A stretch of DNA of 64,000 bases, from the NCBI GenBank assembly GCA_963828125.1, contig CAWHDP010000002.1:800001-864000 (forward strand), given 5' to 3'. Below the pieces are notes generated by a model. It had not been told where the DNA came from. It searched no databases and saw nothing but the letters and a program-made list of their open reading frames with translations. This stretch comes from an uncultured Chlamydiae bacterium. Lineage in GTDB: Bacteria > Chlamydiota > Chlamydiia > Chlamydiales > SM23-39. Of the stretch, positions 29,867 to 40,506 are shown piece after piece. Numbering within the stretch: the first letter of the stretch is position 1; each line of letters starts with the position of its first letter. The position numbers and the translations under genes were made by a program.

Positions 29867-32785
29867 ATGTTAGGACGCTCCCCTATTTTGAATGCCGCCG
29901 GCCAAGGATATCGCGATTATCTCGTCACGAAATATCTACCGCTCAATGAACTGCAAAGCGCGCTCATCGAGCTGGTTCACGTGCCGACCGGGGCGAGGAT
30001 CACACAGATCGCAACGGACGATCCAGAAAACCTATTTTGTCTGTCCTTCCAGACCCTCCCCTACAGTTCGAACGGAATTGCCCATATTTTGGAACATACG
30101 GTTCTTTGCGGCTCACGGAAATTTCCGGTGAAGGATCCTTTTTTCGCCATGACGCGGCGGAGCCTCAATACTTACATGAACGCCTTGACAGGGCAAGATT
30201 TCACTTGCTATCCGGCAAGCTCGCAAGTCGAAAAAGATTTCTATAATCTCCTAGAGGTCTATTTGGACGCCGTATTCCATCCTGAGTTGAAAGCTGTCAG
30301 TTTTTTGCAAGAAGGGCATCGCCTCGAATTTGTCGACCCGAAAAACCGAAAAGGGGCGCTCCAATTCCAGGGGGTTGTCTACAACGAGATGAAAGGGGCG
30401 ATGAGTTCGATTGAGTCGAGGCTCTGGGAGGCTCTTTCAAAGCGGCTCACCCCCGATCTGCCCTACGCCTTCAACTCCGGCGGAGACCCAAAGGTCATCC
30501 CGACACTGACCCATCAAGAACTCATTGATTTCCACCGCGAATATTACCACCCTTCTCGCTGCCTCTTCTTTTTTTATGGCAATCTCCCTCTAGTTCAACA
30601 CTTGGATTTTATCGAGAAAACGCTCTCGGAATCGGGCAAAATCGTCCCTGTCGCCCCCCTTCCAGAACAAAAGCGGTTTGAAACGCCCGTCGCAGCCTTT
30701 GACCGGTATCCGATCGAAGAAGGGGGGGCTATCGAAAAAAAGGCCCAAATCGTCTTCGCCTGGCTGACCACGCATATCTCGAATCAAAGCGAAATTCTCG
30801 CCCTCTCAGTCTTGGAAAGCATCCTCACTGACACCGACGCCTCGCCGCTCACAATGGCCCTATTGAAATCGGGGCTTTGCACCCAAGTGGAATCGTCTCT
30901 CGACGCCGAAATGAGCGAAATTCCTCTGATGGTCATCTGTAAGGGATGCGATGGGGAAGATAGCGCAAAGCTTGAAAAAATCCTTTTCGATACGTTGCGA
31001 AGCGTCTCCTTTACGGAAGAAGAGATTGAGGCGGCGATCCACCAACTCGAGTTTCAGCGAACCGAAATCGGCGCGGAAGGGATCCCGTTCGGACTCACTT
31101 TGTTCATGAGGGCCGCCCTGATTAAACAGCACGGGAGCGAACCAGAAAATGCATTATTGATTCACAGTCTGTTTAAAGACCTCCGCGCTCGATTGAAAGA
31201 TCCCCGCTATTTGCCGAATCTAATGGAGAAATATCTGCTCGGCAACACCCATTTCGTCCGCCTCACCCTCAACCCCGATCCAAGACTCAATCGAGAGGAA
31301 TTGGAAGAAGAACAAAAAAGGCTCACCGAAATCAGGGCCGCTTTGACAGAAGAGGGAGAGCAGCAAATTGCAGAGCAATCGGCCCGGCTCGCAAGCTACC
31401 AGGAGGAAGTGGAACACCAGTCGCTCGACTGTCTGCCGAAAGTAGATCTCGGGGACGTCCCCCTGCACGCCCGCGACTTCCCCCTCGTTGAGCGGGGCGC
31501 CGCCCTCCATCACTCCTGTTTCACCAACCAGATCTTGTATGCCGATCTCATTTTTGAGCTCCCCGCCTTGACAGCGGAAGAACTCCCCCTCCTCTCCCTG
31601 TTTGCCAAGCTGATTTCAGAGGTGGGCTGCGGGGGACGCGATTACGCAGAAAACCTCGCCTATCAGCAAGCGTACATCGGCGGATTCGACGCCTCGCTCG
31701 CCCTTCACGTGACCCAAGCCGACCCCAATATCGCCCGCCCCGCCTTTTCGCTCCGAGGCAAAGCGCTCTACCGCAACAGCGAAAAACTCTTCCGCCTCTT
31801 TTCCGATACCGTGAACAGCATCGATCTGGACGACAAAGAGCGGATTCAAGAGTGGCTCTCGCAACATGCGACCGAGCTGCAAGACAAACTCACCCGCTCT
31901 GCGATGAGTTACGCCATTCAAACCTCTCTCAGCAGCCTCTCGATCCCCTCTTTTGTCTATGATCAGTGGCATGGAGTCCCCTACTACCAGTCCGTTCTCC
32001 GTTTTGCGAAAAAATGCGACGCCCCATTCATCGCCTCCCTCAAAGAGATCGGAGCCAAAGTCCTCGGCTTAAAAAACTACCACTTGATCCTCACCTGCGA
32101 TGAAGAGCACTACCTCCATTTGGAAAAAAACCATTTTTACGATCTAAAAATCCCCAATAAAACATACGATCGTTGGACCGGCCGCTACCCGCTGGCTCGC
32201 ACGGAGCCGCAAGTGCGTTTCATCGCCGCCCCCGTCGCCTTCACTGCGTACGGGATGCGCACCGTCTCTTACAACAACCCCGACTCCCCCTTCCTCCTCA
32301 TCGCAACAGAACTGATGGATAACATTGTCCTCCATAAGGAAATCCGAGAAAAAGGGGGCGCTTACGGCGGCGGAGTCACATATACCCCAAGCACCGGCAA
32401 TTTTCACTTCTACGCCTACCGCGATCCCCACCTCAAAACATCCGTCGATGCATTTCATGAGGCCATTGAAAGGATCGCAAGCCGCAGGTTCACCGACCGG
32501 GAGCTCGAAGAGGCGAAACTCGGCGTTCTGCAAAATCTCGACGCCCCCATCCCCCCAGGCAATAGGGCCATGGTCGCCTATTCCTGGCAAAGGGCCGGAA
32601 GAACCTACAACCTGAGAGAAGAATTCCGCCAAAAGACACTCGCAGCCAGCGGCGAGGAGGTCGCAGAGGCCGTTGGACGGCGGCTTAGAGGGAAAAAAGG
32701 GCTTTTGGTCTCTTTTTTAGGCAAAGATGTATACGCCAAGGAAAAGGAGCCATGGCACTCCTCTTTGGCTGTACTCCCTATTTAA
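29867..32785 (+). CDS. insulinase family (M16C, presequence-protease-like) metalloprotease
   Basis: HILEHTVLCGS (HxxEH), NALT, GVVYNEMKG, IREKGGAYGG, YRDP. Confidence 0.92.
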   Translation: MLGRSPILNAAGQGYRDYLVTKYLPLNELQSALIELVHVPTGARITQIATDDPENLFCLSFQTLPYSSNGIAHILEHTVLCGSRKFPVKDPFFAMTRRSLNTYMNALTGQDFTCYPASSQVEKDFYNLLEVYLDAVFHPELKAVSFLQEGHRLEFVDPKNRKGALQFQGVVYNEMKGAMSSIESRLWEALSKRLTPDLPYAFNSGGDPKVIPTLTHQELIDFHREYYHPSRCLFFFYGNLPLVQHLDFIEKTLSESGKIVPVAPLPEQKRFETPVAAFDRYPIEEGGAIEKKAQIVFAWLTTHISNQSEILALSVLESILTDTDASPLTMALLKSGLCTQVESSLDAEMSEIPLMVICKGCDGEDSAKLEKILFDTLRSVSFTEEEIEAAIHQLEFQRTEIGAEGIPFGLTLFMRAALIKQHGSEPENALLIHSLFKDLRARLKDPRYLPNLMEKYLLGNTHFVRLTLNPDPRLNREELEEEQKRLTEIRAALTEEGEQQIAEQSARLASYQEEVEHQSLDCLPKVDLGDVPLHARDFPLVERGAALHHSCFTNQILYADLIFELPALTAEELPLLSLFAKLISEVGCGGRDYAENLAYQQAYIGGFDASLALHVTQADPNIARPAFSLRGKALYRNSEKLFRLFSDTVNSIDLDDKERIQEWLSQHATELQDKLTRSAMSYAIQTSLSSLSIPSFVYDQWHGVPYYQSVLRFAKKCDAPFIASLKEIGAKVLGLKNYHLILTCDEEHYLHLEKNHFYDLKIPNKTYDRWTGRYPLARTEPQVRFIAAPVAFTAYGMRTVSYNNPDSPFLLIATELMDNIVLHKEIREKGGAYGGGVTYTPSTGNFHFYAYRDPHLKTSVDAFHEAIERIASRRFTDRELEEAKLGVLQNLDAPIPPGNRAMVAYSWQRAGRTYNLREEFRQKTLAASGEEVAEAVGRRLRGKKGLLVSFLGKDVYAKEKEPWHSSLAVLPI

Positions 32786-32918
32786 CTGGACATTGGCCGT
32801 TTAGCCCGCATTTCTCACACAGACGCGAGAAAAGGTACTCAAGATGTTACGAAGGATCATGAGTGTTGCTTGTGCTCCTGCAGTCACTATTCCTAAAAAA
32901 TATTGTTGGACGACGCCT
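32783..32918. repeat. mosaic repeat cluster: family A end (32783-32802), family B left part (32802-32851), family C end (32901-32914)
   Basis: TAACTGGACATTGGCCGTT + TAGCCCGCATTTCTCACACAGACGCGAGAAAAGGTACTCAAGATGTTACG ... TATTGTTGGACGAC. Confidence 0.85.
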
Positions 32919-33006
32919 AAGCTAGGCGCCCGTCAGTTATGAACAATTAAATATTGAATGTTTTTCCTCGCCTTTTTATACTGGGGGTCAAAAAAAAGGT
33001 TTAGCC

Positions 33007-34422
<1,416 letters not shown>

Positions 34423-34439
34423 ACATAAAAGGAAAAAAT

Positions 34440-35114
34440 ATGAATGTTCCAGTACAATCAACGCCATTTCTAGGAGAAGGCTATTGGAGAAACATCTTGT
34501 CACAAGAAGAAATGCAGTCCATCGAATGGCCCAAGAAAGTGCCGGAACCAGTCGAAGAGATATTGGATCGGCAGGATCCGTTTGCCCCGCAACAACTGAT
34601 GAGACATTCATATATGGTTCTGTATGTCCCTAAGATCGATCTGCACAATTTCGGCTCGATTGCAGCGAAAGTATGCGCGTTGCTACAGATCAGGAGACAA
34701 CAATTTCCGATGATAGACGGGTCCCCTCCGGTCACCGATCCGGTCGAGAATGAGATAGATCGAACGACATTAACGGGGCGTTGCTGGATCATCATACGTA
34801 AAGAGCCTCTTGAAATAACAAACTTAGGTGAATTAAACCAAATTTTCGGTGCTAACCAAGGGTTACCTACTGCCGCAGAAATGGTGCTGTTCTCTCAGAA
34901 AATTCGCTCCTACTACCAACAAGATAACGATGTCTTCCGAGCCCTCACAGAGAACAAGTACGAGGGGAGCTTCGTCACCGTAGGGGTGCAAAACGCAGGC
35001 ACAGAATTGACGGTCAATCGCTGGGACCTCGAAATCGATCAAGACTCGTTACTCGCATACCCCTGCCTACGTTACACAGACGCCAAGCCTAAATCCGAGA
35101 GTAAAGAACAGTAA
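34440..35114 (+). CDS. hypothetical protein
   Basis: 224-aa ORF with AGGA RBS directly after htrA. Confidence 0.55.
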   Translation: MNVPVQSTPFLGEGYWRNILSQEEMQSIEWPKKVPEPVEEILDRQDPFAPQQLMRHSYMVLYVPKIDLHNFGSIAAKVCALLQIRRQQFPMIDGSPPVTDPVENEIDRTTLTGRCWIIIRKEPLEITNLGELNQIFGANQGLPTAAEMVLFSQKIRSYYQQDNDVFRALTENKYEGSFVTVGVQNAGTELTVNRWDLEIDQDSLLAYPCLRYTDAKPKSESKEQ

Positions 35115-35119
35115 TCAAG

Positions 35120-35181
35120 GGGTCGTCCAACAATCACTGTTAGAGCTGTATACAACTCTCAAAATGATTGTGGGACGACCC
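35120..35181. repeat. 62-bp palindromic element (family C)
   Basis: GGGTCGTCCAACAATCA...AGAGCTGTATACAACTCT...TGATTGTGGGACGACCC; arm recurs at 32901-32914 and 58402-58416. Confidence 0.8.
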
Positions 35182-35209
35182 TTCACCAAGCCTTCGAAAA
35201 TCCATGCAA

Positions 35210-36724
35210 TCATAAGGACTGCTCGTAGGCTTGGTATTTCTCGATGAGCGCATCATAAATTCTCGTCGACCGGAGATGCGGCTCGACAGCAGGAATCGGA
35301 TCTGTGAAACCGGAGACCGCCTCCCTCCACGTCAGATTGTCGAAAAATCCGTAAGCTGCCCTCAACGCCGCCCCTAGAGCCGTGCTTTTTGACACTTCGC
35401 TTCTGAGTACTCTGCAGTTGTGGACGTCAGCGAGAATCTGCAGTATGGGTAAATGATGAGACACCCCCCCAGTCGCATAAATTTCTTTGGGTCTCAAATT
35501 CATCCAATCCGCGTGCAACCGCATGGAGAGCATTTGCGCCTCGATCAAGGCCCTGCAATTGGCCGCAACATCACCCTCCTTCAAATTAAAACGGTGGAGC
35601 TTCGGATGGAGTACTTTCGGAATAATCTCCGTCTCATAATAAGGAAGCAAAACCGCCCCATGATTGCCAGGAGGGGTCGTTTGCAGATGCCGCAAGAACG
35701 CAGGCCAATCGAGTCCGTACGATTCGCGCATTCTTTGAATGGCCAGCGCGCCATTGAGATAACAGTTGAGGGTCATGTAATCGCCAGTCGGACTGACAAA
35801 TAGGTGCCCCTCCCCTTTCGGATCGATCCTCCACTCCCTCAAAACTCCAAAATAGGTAAAACTGGTCCCCAAACTCACAGCCACGGTCCCCTCTTCAATC
35901 AGGCCAAGACCGATTAAACTGCTCGGGTTATCGCCGGTCCAAACAAAAGAGAGAGCCTCTTTATTCAGCCCATATTTCGTAAAATAGGGGTTCACAGGAC
36001 CCACTCTCCGAGAACTGATCGAAAGGGCTGGCAATTTGCCCCGCAAATCAGGGGCTGTCGCCTCAAGCGCCTTCGGATGCCACTCTTTTTTCCGGATATC
36101 CATTAAATTCATCCCCGATCCATCGCCATAGTCGATCGGCGCCATCTGGCCCGACATGAGCGAGGCCAAAAAAGAACTCACAAGGGCGATCGAATGGGTC
36201 TTCGCATAATTTTCAGGCTCTGTTTTGTAAAATTTCCGGATCTGGGGCCCGGTAAACCGCTCAAATGTATCCGATCCGGTCGCCTCAATCGTCGCCAAAG
36301 ACCCACCCATGGCGCCTCGGATCTCTTCACACTCTGTTTCCGTTGAAGCGTCCATCCAAATCGGGGCGCTTTGACGAGAAAAGACCCCTTCAAAACGGTA
36401 GCTCCGAAGCCCTTTGAGGAAGGCGCTGTTCAGATAAACCGATCCGTGCTGCTGGGCCGAACCGGAGACGGCAAGGACGTTTTTCAGATCGACCCGCTCG
36501 GCCTGCATCTCTTGAAACAACCGGTCGAGCGCCTCCACCCACATGAGCGGCGGACTATAGACCCGATTGCCCTCCCGAAGAAATCCGCTGGTCGTCCCAT
36601 ATTCAGGGAACTCTTTCTCAAAAATCAACTGCTTCTCGTAAATCACTTTTTTGAGATCGTAATCGATGAGAACCGCAGAGAGACTCTGAGTGCTACAGTC
36701 TAGGCCTAAAAATAATCGTCTCAT
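35210..36724 (-). CDS. xylB: xylulokinase, eukaryote-like (Xks1/XYLB-type) FGGY kinase
   Basis: LGLDCSTQ, SGSAQQHGSVY, PIWMDAST, ERFTGPQIRKF, LVSSFLASL, DGSGMNL, TGDNP, SLGTS. Confidence 0.8.
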   Translation of the reverse strand: MRRLFLGLDCSTQSLSAVLIDYDLKKVIYEKQLIFEKEFPEYGTTSGFLREGNRVYSPPLMWVEALDRLFQEMQAERVDLKNVLAVSGSAQQHGSVYLNSAFLKGLRSYRFEGVFSRQSAPIWMDASTETECEEIRGAMGGSLATIEATGSDTFERFTGPQIRKFYKTEPENYAKTHSIALVSSFLASLMSGQMAPIDYGDGSGMNLMDIRKKEWHPKALEATAPDLRGKLPALSISSRRVGPVNPYFTKYGLNKEALSFVWTGDNPSSLIGLGLIEEGTVAVSLGTSFTYFGVLREWRIDPKGEGHLFVSPTGDYMTLNCYLNGALAIQRMRESYGLDWPAFLRHLQTTPPGNHGAVLLPYYETEIIPKVLHPKLHRFNLKEGDVAANCRALIEAQMLSMRLHADWMNLRPKEIYATGGVSHHLPILQILADVHNCRVLRSEVSKSTALGAALRAAYGFFDNLTWREAVSGFTDPIPAVEPHLRSTRIYDALIEKYQAYEQSL

Positions 36725-36805
36725 TTTCAAACTTATACCGATTTTGCAGCCATATTCTCAACATAGAGCATAACTCACTTATAACAAAAGACTTAATAAA
36801 AATAT

Positions 36806-36832
36806 TCAGCAATCAAGCGTGATGATTGCTAA
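36806..36832. promoter_or_regulatory. CIRCE operator upstream of hrcA-grpE-dnaK
   Basis: TCAGCAATC-N9-GATTGCTAA immediately upstream of the -35. Confidence 0.85.
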
Positions 36833-36838
36833 AAATCC

Positions 36839-36867
36839 TTGCTTGCGGTTATCCTCTTTGGTATAAT
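36839..36867 (+). promoter_or_regulatory. sigma66-type promoter of hrcA operon
   Basis: TTGCTT-17 nt-TATAAT with extended -10 TG. Confidence 0.75.
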
Positions 36868-36892
36868 GCTGTCTAGAGATTAACAAAAAACT

Positions 36893-38011
36893 ATGAAGAG
36901 TGCCACTTACAAGAAATCGCTGCCGCCCAGAAAGCTCCCCAAGACAGACCGGGAGCAGGCGGTCCTTCTCGGCTTGATCGAGCTGTACCTAAAGATGGGA
37001 AAGCCGATCGGATCCCATACCTTGCAAGAGAATGGTTTTGAATCGCTTAGCTCGGCTACGATCCGCAACTACTTCAGCAAGATGGAGGAGGAGGGGTATT
37101 TAAAACAGCAGCACACTTCAGGAGGCCGGATCCCCACGGAGAAGGCTTTTAGATTGTATATAGACGCATATTTCGATGAAGGGGTCATTGAAAAAAACCA
37201 AGAAGAGGCCTTGGAAAAGCGCCTTGGAGAGGGGAGTCGCGAGGTCGCGACCCTACTGAACCGGTCGGCGGATGTTTTGAGTGAATTGACCAAGTGCGCG
37301 GTGTTTGTTTCCGCGCCGCGCTTCGATCAAGACTTTATTCAAGACGTCCGTCTGATTCGTCTGGATGCGACCAAGCTTTTATCTGTGCTGATCACCGATT
37401 TTGGGTTAATTCGGACAGAGACTGTCTATTTAGAGCGGGAGGCCGATCCCCGGTTTTTGCGGACGGCGGAGGAGTATTTCCTTTGGCGGATGAATAAGGG
37501 GGAAAAACCCCTCTTCAAAGATGAAGCCGAAGCAAAGCTGGCCCAGAGAATTTATAATGAAGTGATGGTGCGCCACGTGGTAGGGTACGCTAATTTCCCA
37601 GAAGAAGACGTACTCCGGACAGGATTATCCAAACTGCTCGCCTATCCGGAATTTAATGATGCTGCGGCCCTTGCAAGTAGTCTTGCGCTCCTTGAGGACC
37701 ACAACCAGATGCGGGTGATTTTGCGAGAGTGTTGTAAGCGGAATGAATTATTTGCCTGGATCGGCGATGAACTGTGTCCATTCGTCCCAAAAGGGGCTGA
37801 ATGCGCCGTGATGGCCATCCCTTACCGGATCAATCAGGCAATTGGAGGGGCTGTGGCCCTATTGGGACCGATGCGGCTTCCTTATCGGAATCTATTCGGA
37901 CTGATGCAAGTATTTAGCGAACAATTGAGCAAGGTTCTCACTGAGAGCGTATATAAATATAAAATTACGTTTAGAGAACCGACAGGATCTAAACAAATCG
38001 AGGTGAAATGA
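36893..38011 (+). CDS. hrcA: heat-inducible transcription repressor HrcA
   Basis: PIGS, SSATIRN, QQHTSGGRIPT, LGPMRLPY. Confidence 0.95.
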   Translation: MKSATYKKSLPPRKLPKTDREQAVLLGLIELYLKMGKPIGSHTLQENGFESLSSATIRNYFSKMEEEGYLKQQHTSGGRIPTEKAFRLYIDAYFDEGVIEKNQEEALEKRLGEGSREVATLLNRSADVLSELTKCAVFVSAPRFDQDFIQDVRLIRLDATKLLSVLITDFGLIRTETVYLEREADPRFLRTAEEYFLWRMNKGEKPLFKDEAEAKLAQRIYNEVMVRHVVGYANFPEEDVLRTGLSKLLAYPEFNDAAALASSLALLEDHNQMRVILRECCKRNELFAWIGDELCPFVPKGAECAVMAIPYRINQAIGGAVALLGPMRLPYRNLFGLMQVFSEQLSKVLTESVYKYKITFREPTGSKQIEVK

Positions 38012-38508
38012 GTGACGAGATTCCCGTAGAAGAGAATTGGAAGGACAAGTATCTGCGCGCGCTTGCCGAGCAAGAAAATATGCGCAAACGGATCCAAAAA
38101 GAGAAACAGGAGATGGTCTCCTTTGGGATCGAGAACGCGATCGCGGAATTTATCGTAGCGATCGACAATTTTGAAAACGCTCTCCGCTTCGCTGAAGCTG
38201 CGGTAGGAGAGGTGAAAAACTGGGCCCTCGGATTTGAGATGATCCTCTCTCAATTTAAAGAGGTGCTCCACAACCACGGGATTGTCTCGTTCCATTCAGA
38301 AGGGAACACATTCGATCCGCAAGTGCACGAGGCGGTTGAGATCGTCGAAACAACAGAATATCCCGATGGGACGGTCATGCACGAATTTACAAAGGGGTAT
38401 AAAAGCGCTACCCGAACCATCCGCCCAGCGCGGGTGAAGGTCGCCAAACACCCTCAAACTACGCTCGCGAGCGAAGCTCCGGCAGAAGAAATTATACAAA
38501 GAGAATAA
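38008..38508 (+). CDS. grpE: nucleotide exchange factor GrpE
   Basis: [43 protein letters not shown]. Confidence 0.95.
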   Translation: MSDEIPVEENWKDKYLRALAEQENMRKRIQKEKQEMVSFGIENAIAEFIVAIDNFENALRFAEAAVGEVKNWALGFEMILSQFKEVLHNHGIVSFHSEGNTFDPQVHEAVEIVETTEYPDGTVMHEFTKGYKSATRTIRPARVKVAKHPQTTLASEAPAEEIIQRE

Positions 38509-38512
38509 AATT

Positions 38513-40429
38513 ATGGCACAAAAAAAACGAATTATCGGTATCGACCTCGGAACGACGAACTCCTGCGTGGCAATCATGGAGGGGGGATCGACGGTGGTGA
38601 TTGCGAATGCGGAAGGCGCCCGAACAACGCCCTCTGTCATCGCCTACAAGGGCAACGAGCGGCTCGTGGGAATTCCTGCGAAACGGCAAGCTGTCACAAA
38701 CCCAGACAAAACGCTCTATTCCACGAAGCGTTTTATCGGAAGAAAACATAGCGAGGTCCAATCGGAAATCGCCACGGTTCCCTACAAGGTGACAAAAAAC
38801 GCCAATGGCGACGCCGTGTTCGAGGTGGATGGAAAGATCATCTCTCCCGAAGAGGCGGCGGCCCACATTTTAACAAAAATGAAAGAGACGGCCGAGGCCT
38901 ATTTAGGGGAGAAAGTGACTGAGGCCGTCATCACTGTTCCCGCCTATTTTAACGATTCGCAAAGACAATCGACGAAGGACGCGGGGAGAATTGCCGGTCT
39001 CGACGTAAAAAGGATTATCCCCGAGCCGACGGCTGCCGCTTTAGCCTACGGACTCGACAAGCAGCACACCGACAAAAAGATCGTCGTATATGATCTTGGG
39101 GGCGGCACTTTTGACGTGTCGGTGCTTGAGATTGGCGACGGCGTTTTCGAAGTGCTCGCCACAAACGGCGACACCCACCTCGGCGGCGACGACTTCGATA
39201 ATGTGATCATCCATTGGATGTTGGATGAGTTTAAAAAAGAATCTGGCATCGATCTCTCTAAAGATAAAATGGCTCTTCAAAGGCTGCGCGATGCGGCCGA
39301 AAAAGCCAAAATCGAGCTCTCCGGCGTCATGACGACTGAAATCAACCAGCCGTTTATCACAATGGACGCGAGCGGCCCAAAACACTTAGCCCTCACGCTC
39401 ACCCGGGCAAAACTCGAGAGCCTTTGCCACAACCTCGTGGAGAGGACAGTCGGACCTTGCCAAAAAGCGATGAAGGACGCCGGCTTAAGCAATAGCGACA
39501 TTGGCGAAGTGATTCTCGTCGGCGGGATGACCCGTATGCCGGCGGTTCAACAAAAGGTCAAGGAGATCTTCGGCAGAGAACCGCACAAAGGGGTGAATCC
39601 CGATGAAGCGGTCGCCATCGGCGCCGCCGTCCAAGGGGGTATTTTTGCAGGCGATGTGAAAGACGTCCTCCTCCTAGACGTAGTTCCATTGACCCTCGGC
39701 ATCGAGACAATGGGCGGAGTGATGACTCCCCTCATTGAAAGGAACACGACAATCCCTTCGCAAAAAAAACAGGTCTTCTCGACCGCAAGCGACAACCAGC
39801 CCGCTGTGACGATCGTCGTCCTTCAGGGAGAGCGCCCTATGGCAAAGGACAACAAAGAAATCGGCAGGTTCGATCTCTCTGACATCCCTCCAGCGCCGCG
39901 CGGAGTGCCGCAAATCGAAGTGGCCTTCGACATCGATGCGGACGGGATTCTTCATGTCTCTGCGAAAGACAAGCAGAGCGGGAAAGAACAGAAGATCAAG
40001 ATCGAGGCCAAATCGGGACTCACCGACGCCGAGATCCAGCGGAAAGTCAAAGAGGCTGAACTCCATGCCGCTGAAGACAAAGAGCGGAAAGAACAGGTCG
40101 AGATCCGCAACGAAGCGGATACGCTCGCCTTCCGCGCCCAGAAGTCGCTCAGCGAATACAAGGACAAGCTCTCGGCAGGGGTCGTCTCTGACATCCAAAG
40201 TCGGATCGATGGGGTGAAAAAAGCCCTCGAAGGCCAAGATTCCGCTCTCATCAAGGCAAAAACGGCCGAACTGCAAGAACATATGCAGAAAATTGGGGAA
40301 GAGCTTGCCAAAGCGGGCCAGCAACAGGCTCAACCGCAAGGGGCCCCAAATCCACAGCCGCAGCAAAAAGCCGCGGAGGACGTAGTCGAAGACGCCGAAG
40401 TTGAAATCCTCGACGACGAGAAAAAATAA
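38513..40429 (+). CDS. dnaK: chaperone DnaK
   Basis: [34 protein letters not shown]. Confidence 0.98.
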   Translation: MAQKKRIIGIDLGTTNSCVAIMEGGSTVVIANAEGARTTPSVIAYKGNERLVGIPAKRQAVTNPDKTLYSTKRFIGRKHSEVQSEIATVPYKVTKNANGDAVFEVDGKIISPEEAAAHILTKMKETAEAYLGEKVTEAVITVPAYFNDSQRQSTKDAGRIAGLDVKRIIPEPTAAALAYGLDKQHTDKKIVVYDLGGGTFDVSVLEIGDGVFEVLATNGDTHLGGDDFDNVIIHWMLDEFKKESGIDLSKDKMALQRLRDAAEKAKIELSGVMTTEINQPFITMDASGPKHLALTLTRAKLESLCHNLVERTVGPCQKAMKDAGLSNSDIGEVILVGGMTRMPAVQQKVKEIFGREPHKGVNPDEAVAIGAAVQGGIFAGDVKDVLLLDVVPLTLGIETMGGVMTPLIERNTTIPSQKKQVFSTASDNQPAVTIVVLQGERPMAKDNKEIGRFDLSDIPPAPRGVPQIEVAFDIDADGILHVSAKDKQSGKEQKIKIEAKSGLTDAEIQRKVKEAELHAAEDKERKEQVEIRNEADTLAFRAQKSLSEYKDKLSAGVVSDIQSRIDGVKKALEGQDSALIKAKTAELQEHMQKIGEELAKAGQQQAQPQGAPNPQPQQKAAEDVVEDAEVEILDDEKK

Positions 40430-40438
40430 TAGATCTCA

Positions 40439-40467
40439 GAGGAGGGCAAATGCCCTCCTCATTTTTT
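40439..40467 (+). terminator. intrinsic terminator after dnaK
   Basis: GAGGAGGGCA-AA-TGCCCTCCTC followed by ATTTTTT. Confidence 0.8.
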
Positions 40468-40506
40468 GTTTTGCAGGAAAAATTTTAAAGAATTATCCTT
40501 GGGCCC

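Noticed and set aside
39674..40366. Long ORFs antisense to dnaK
   Set aside because: Antisense open frames are a common by-product of dnaK codon usage
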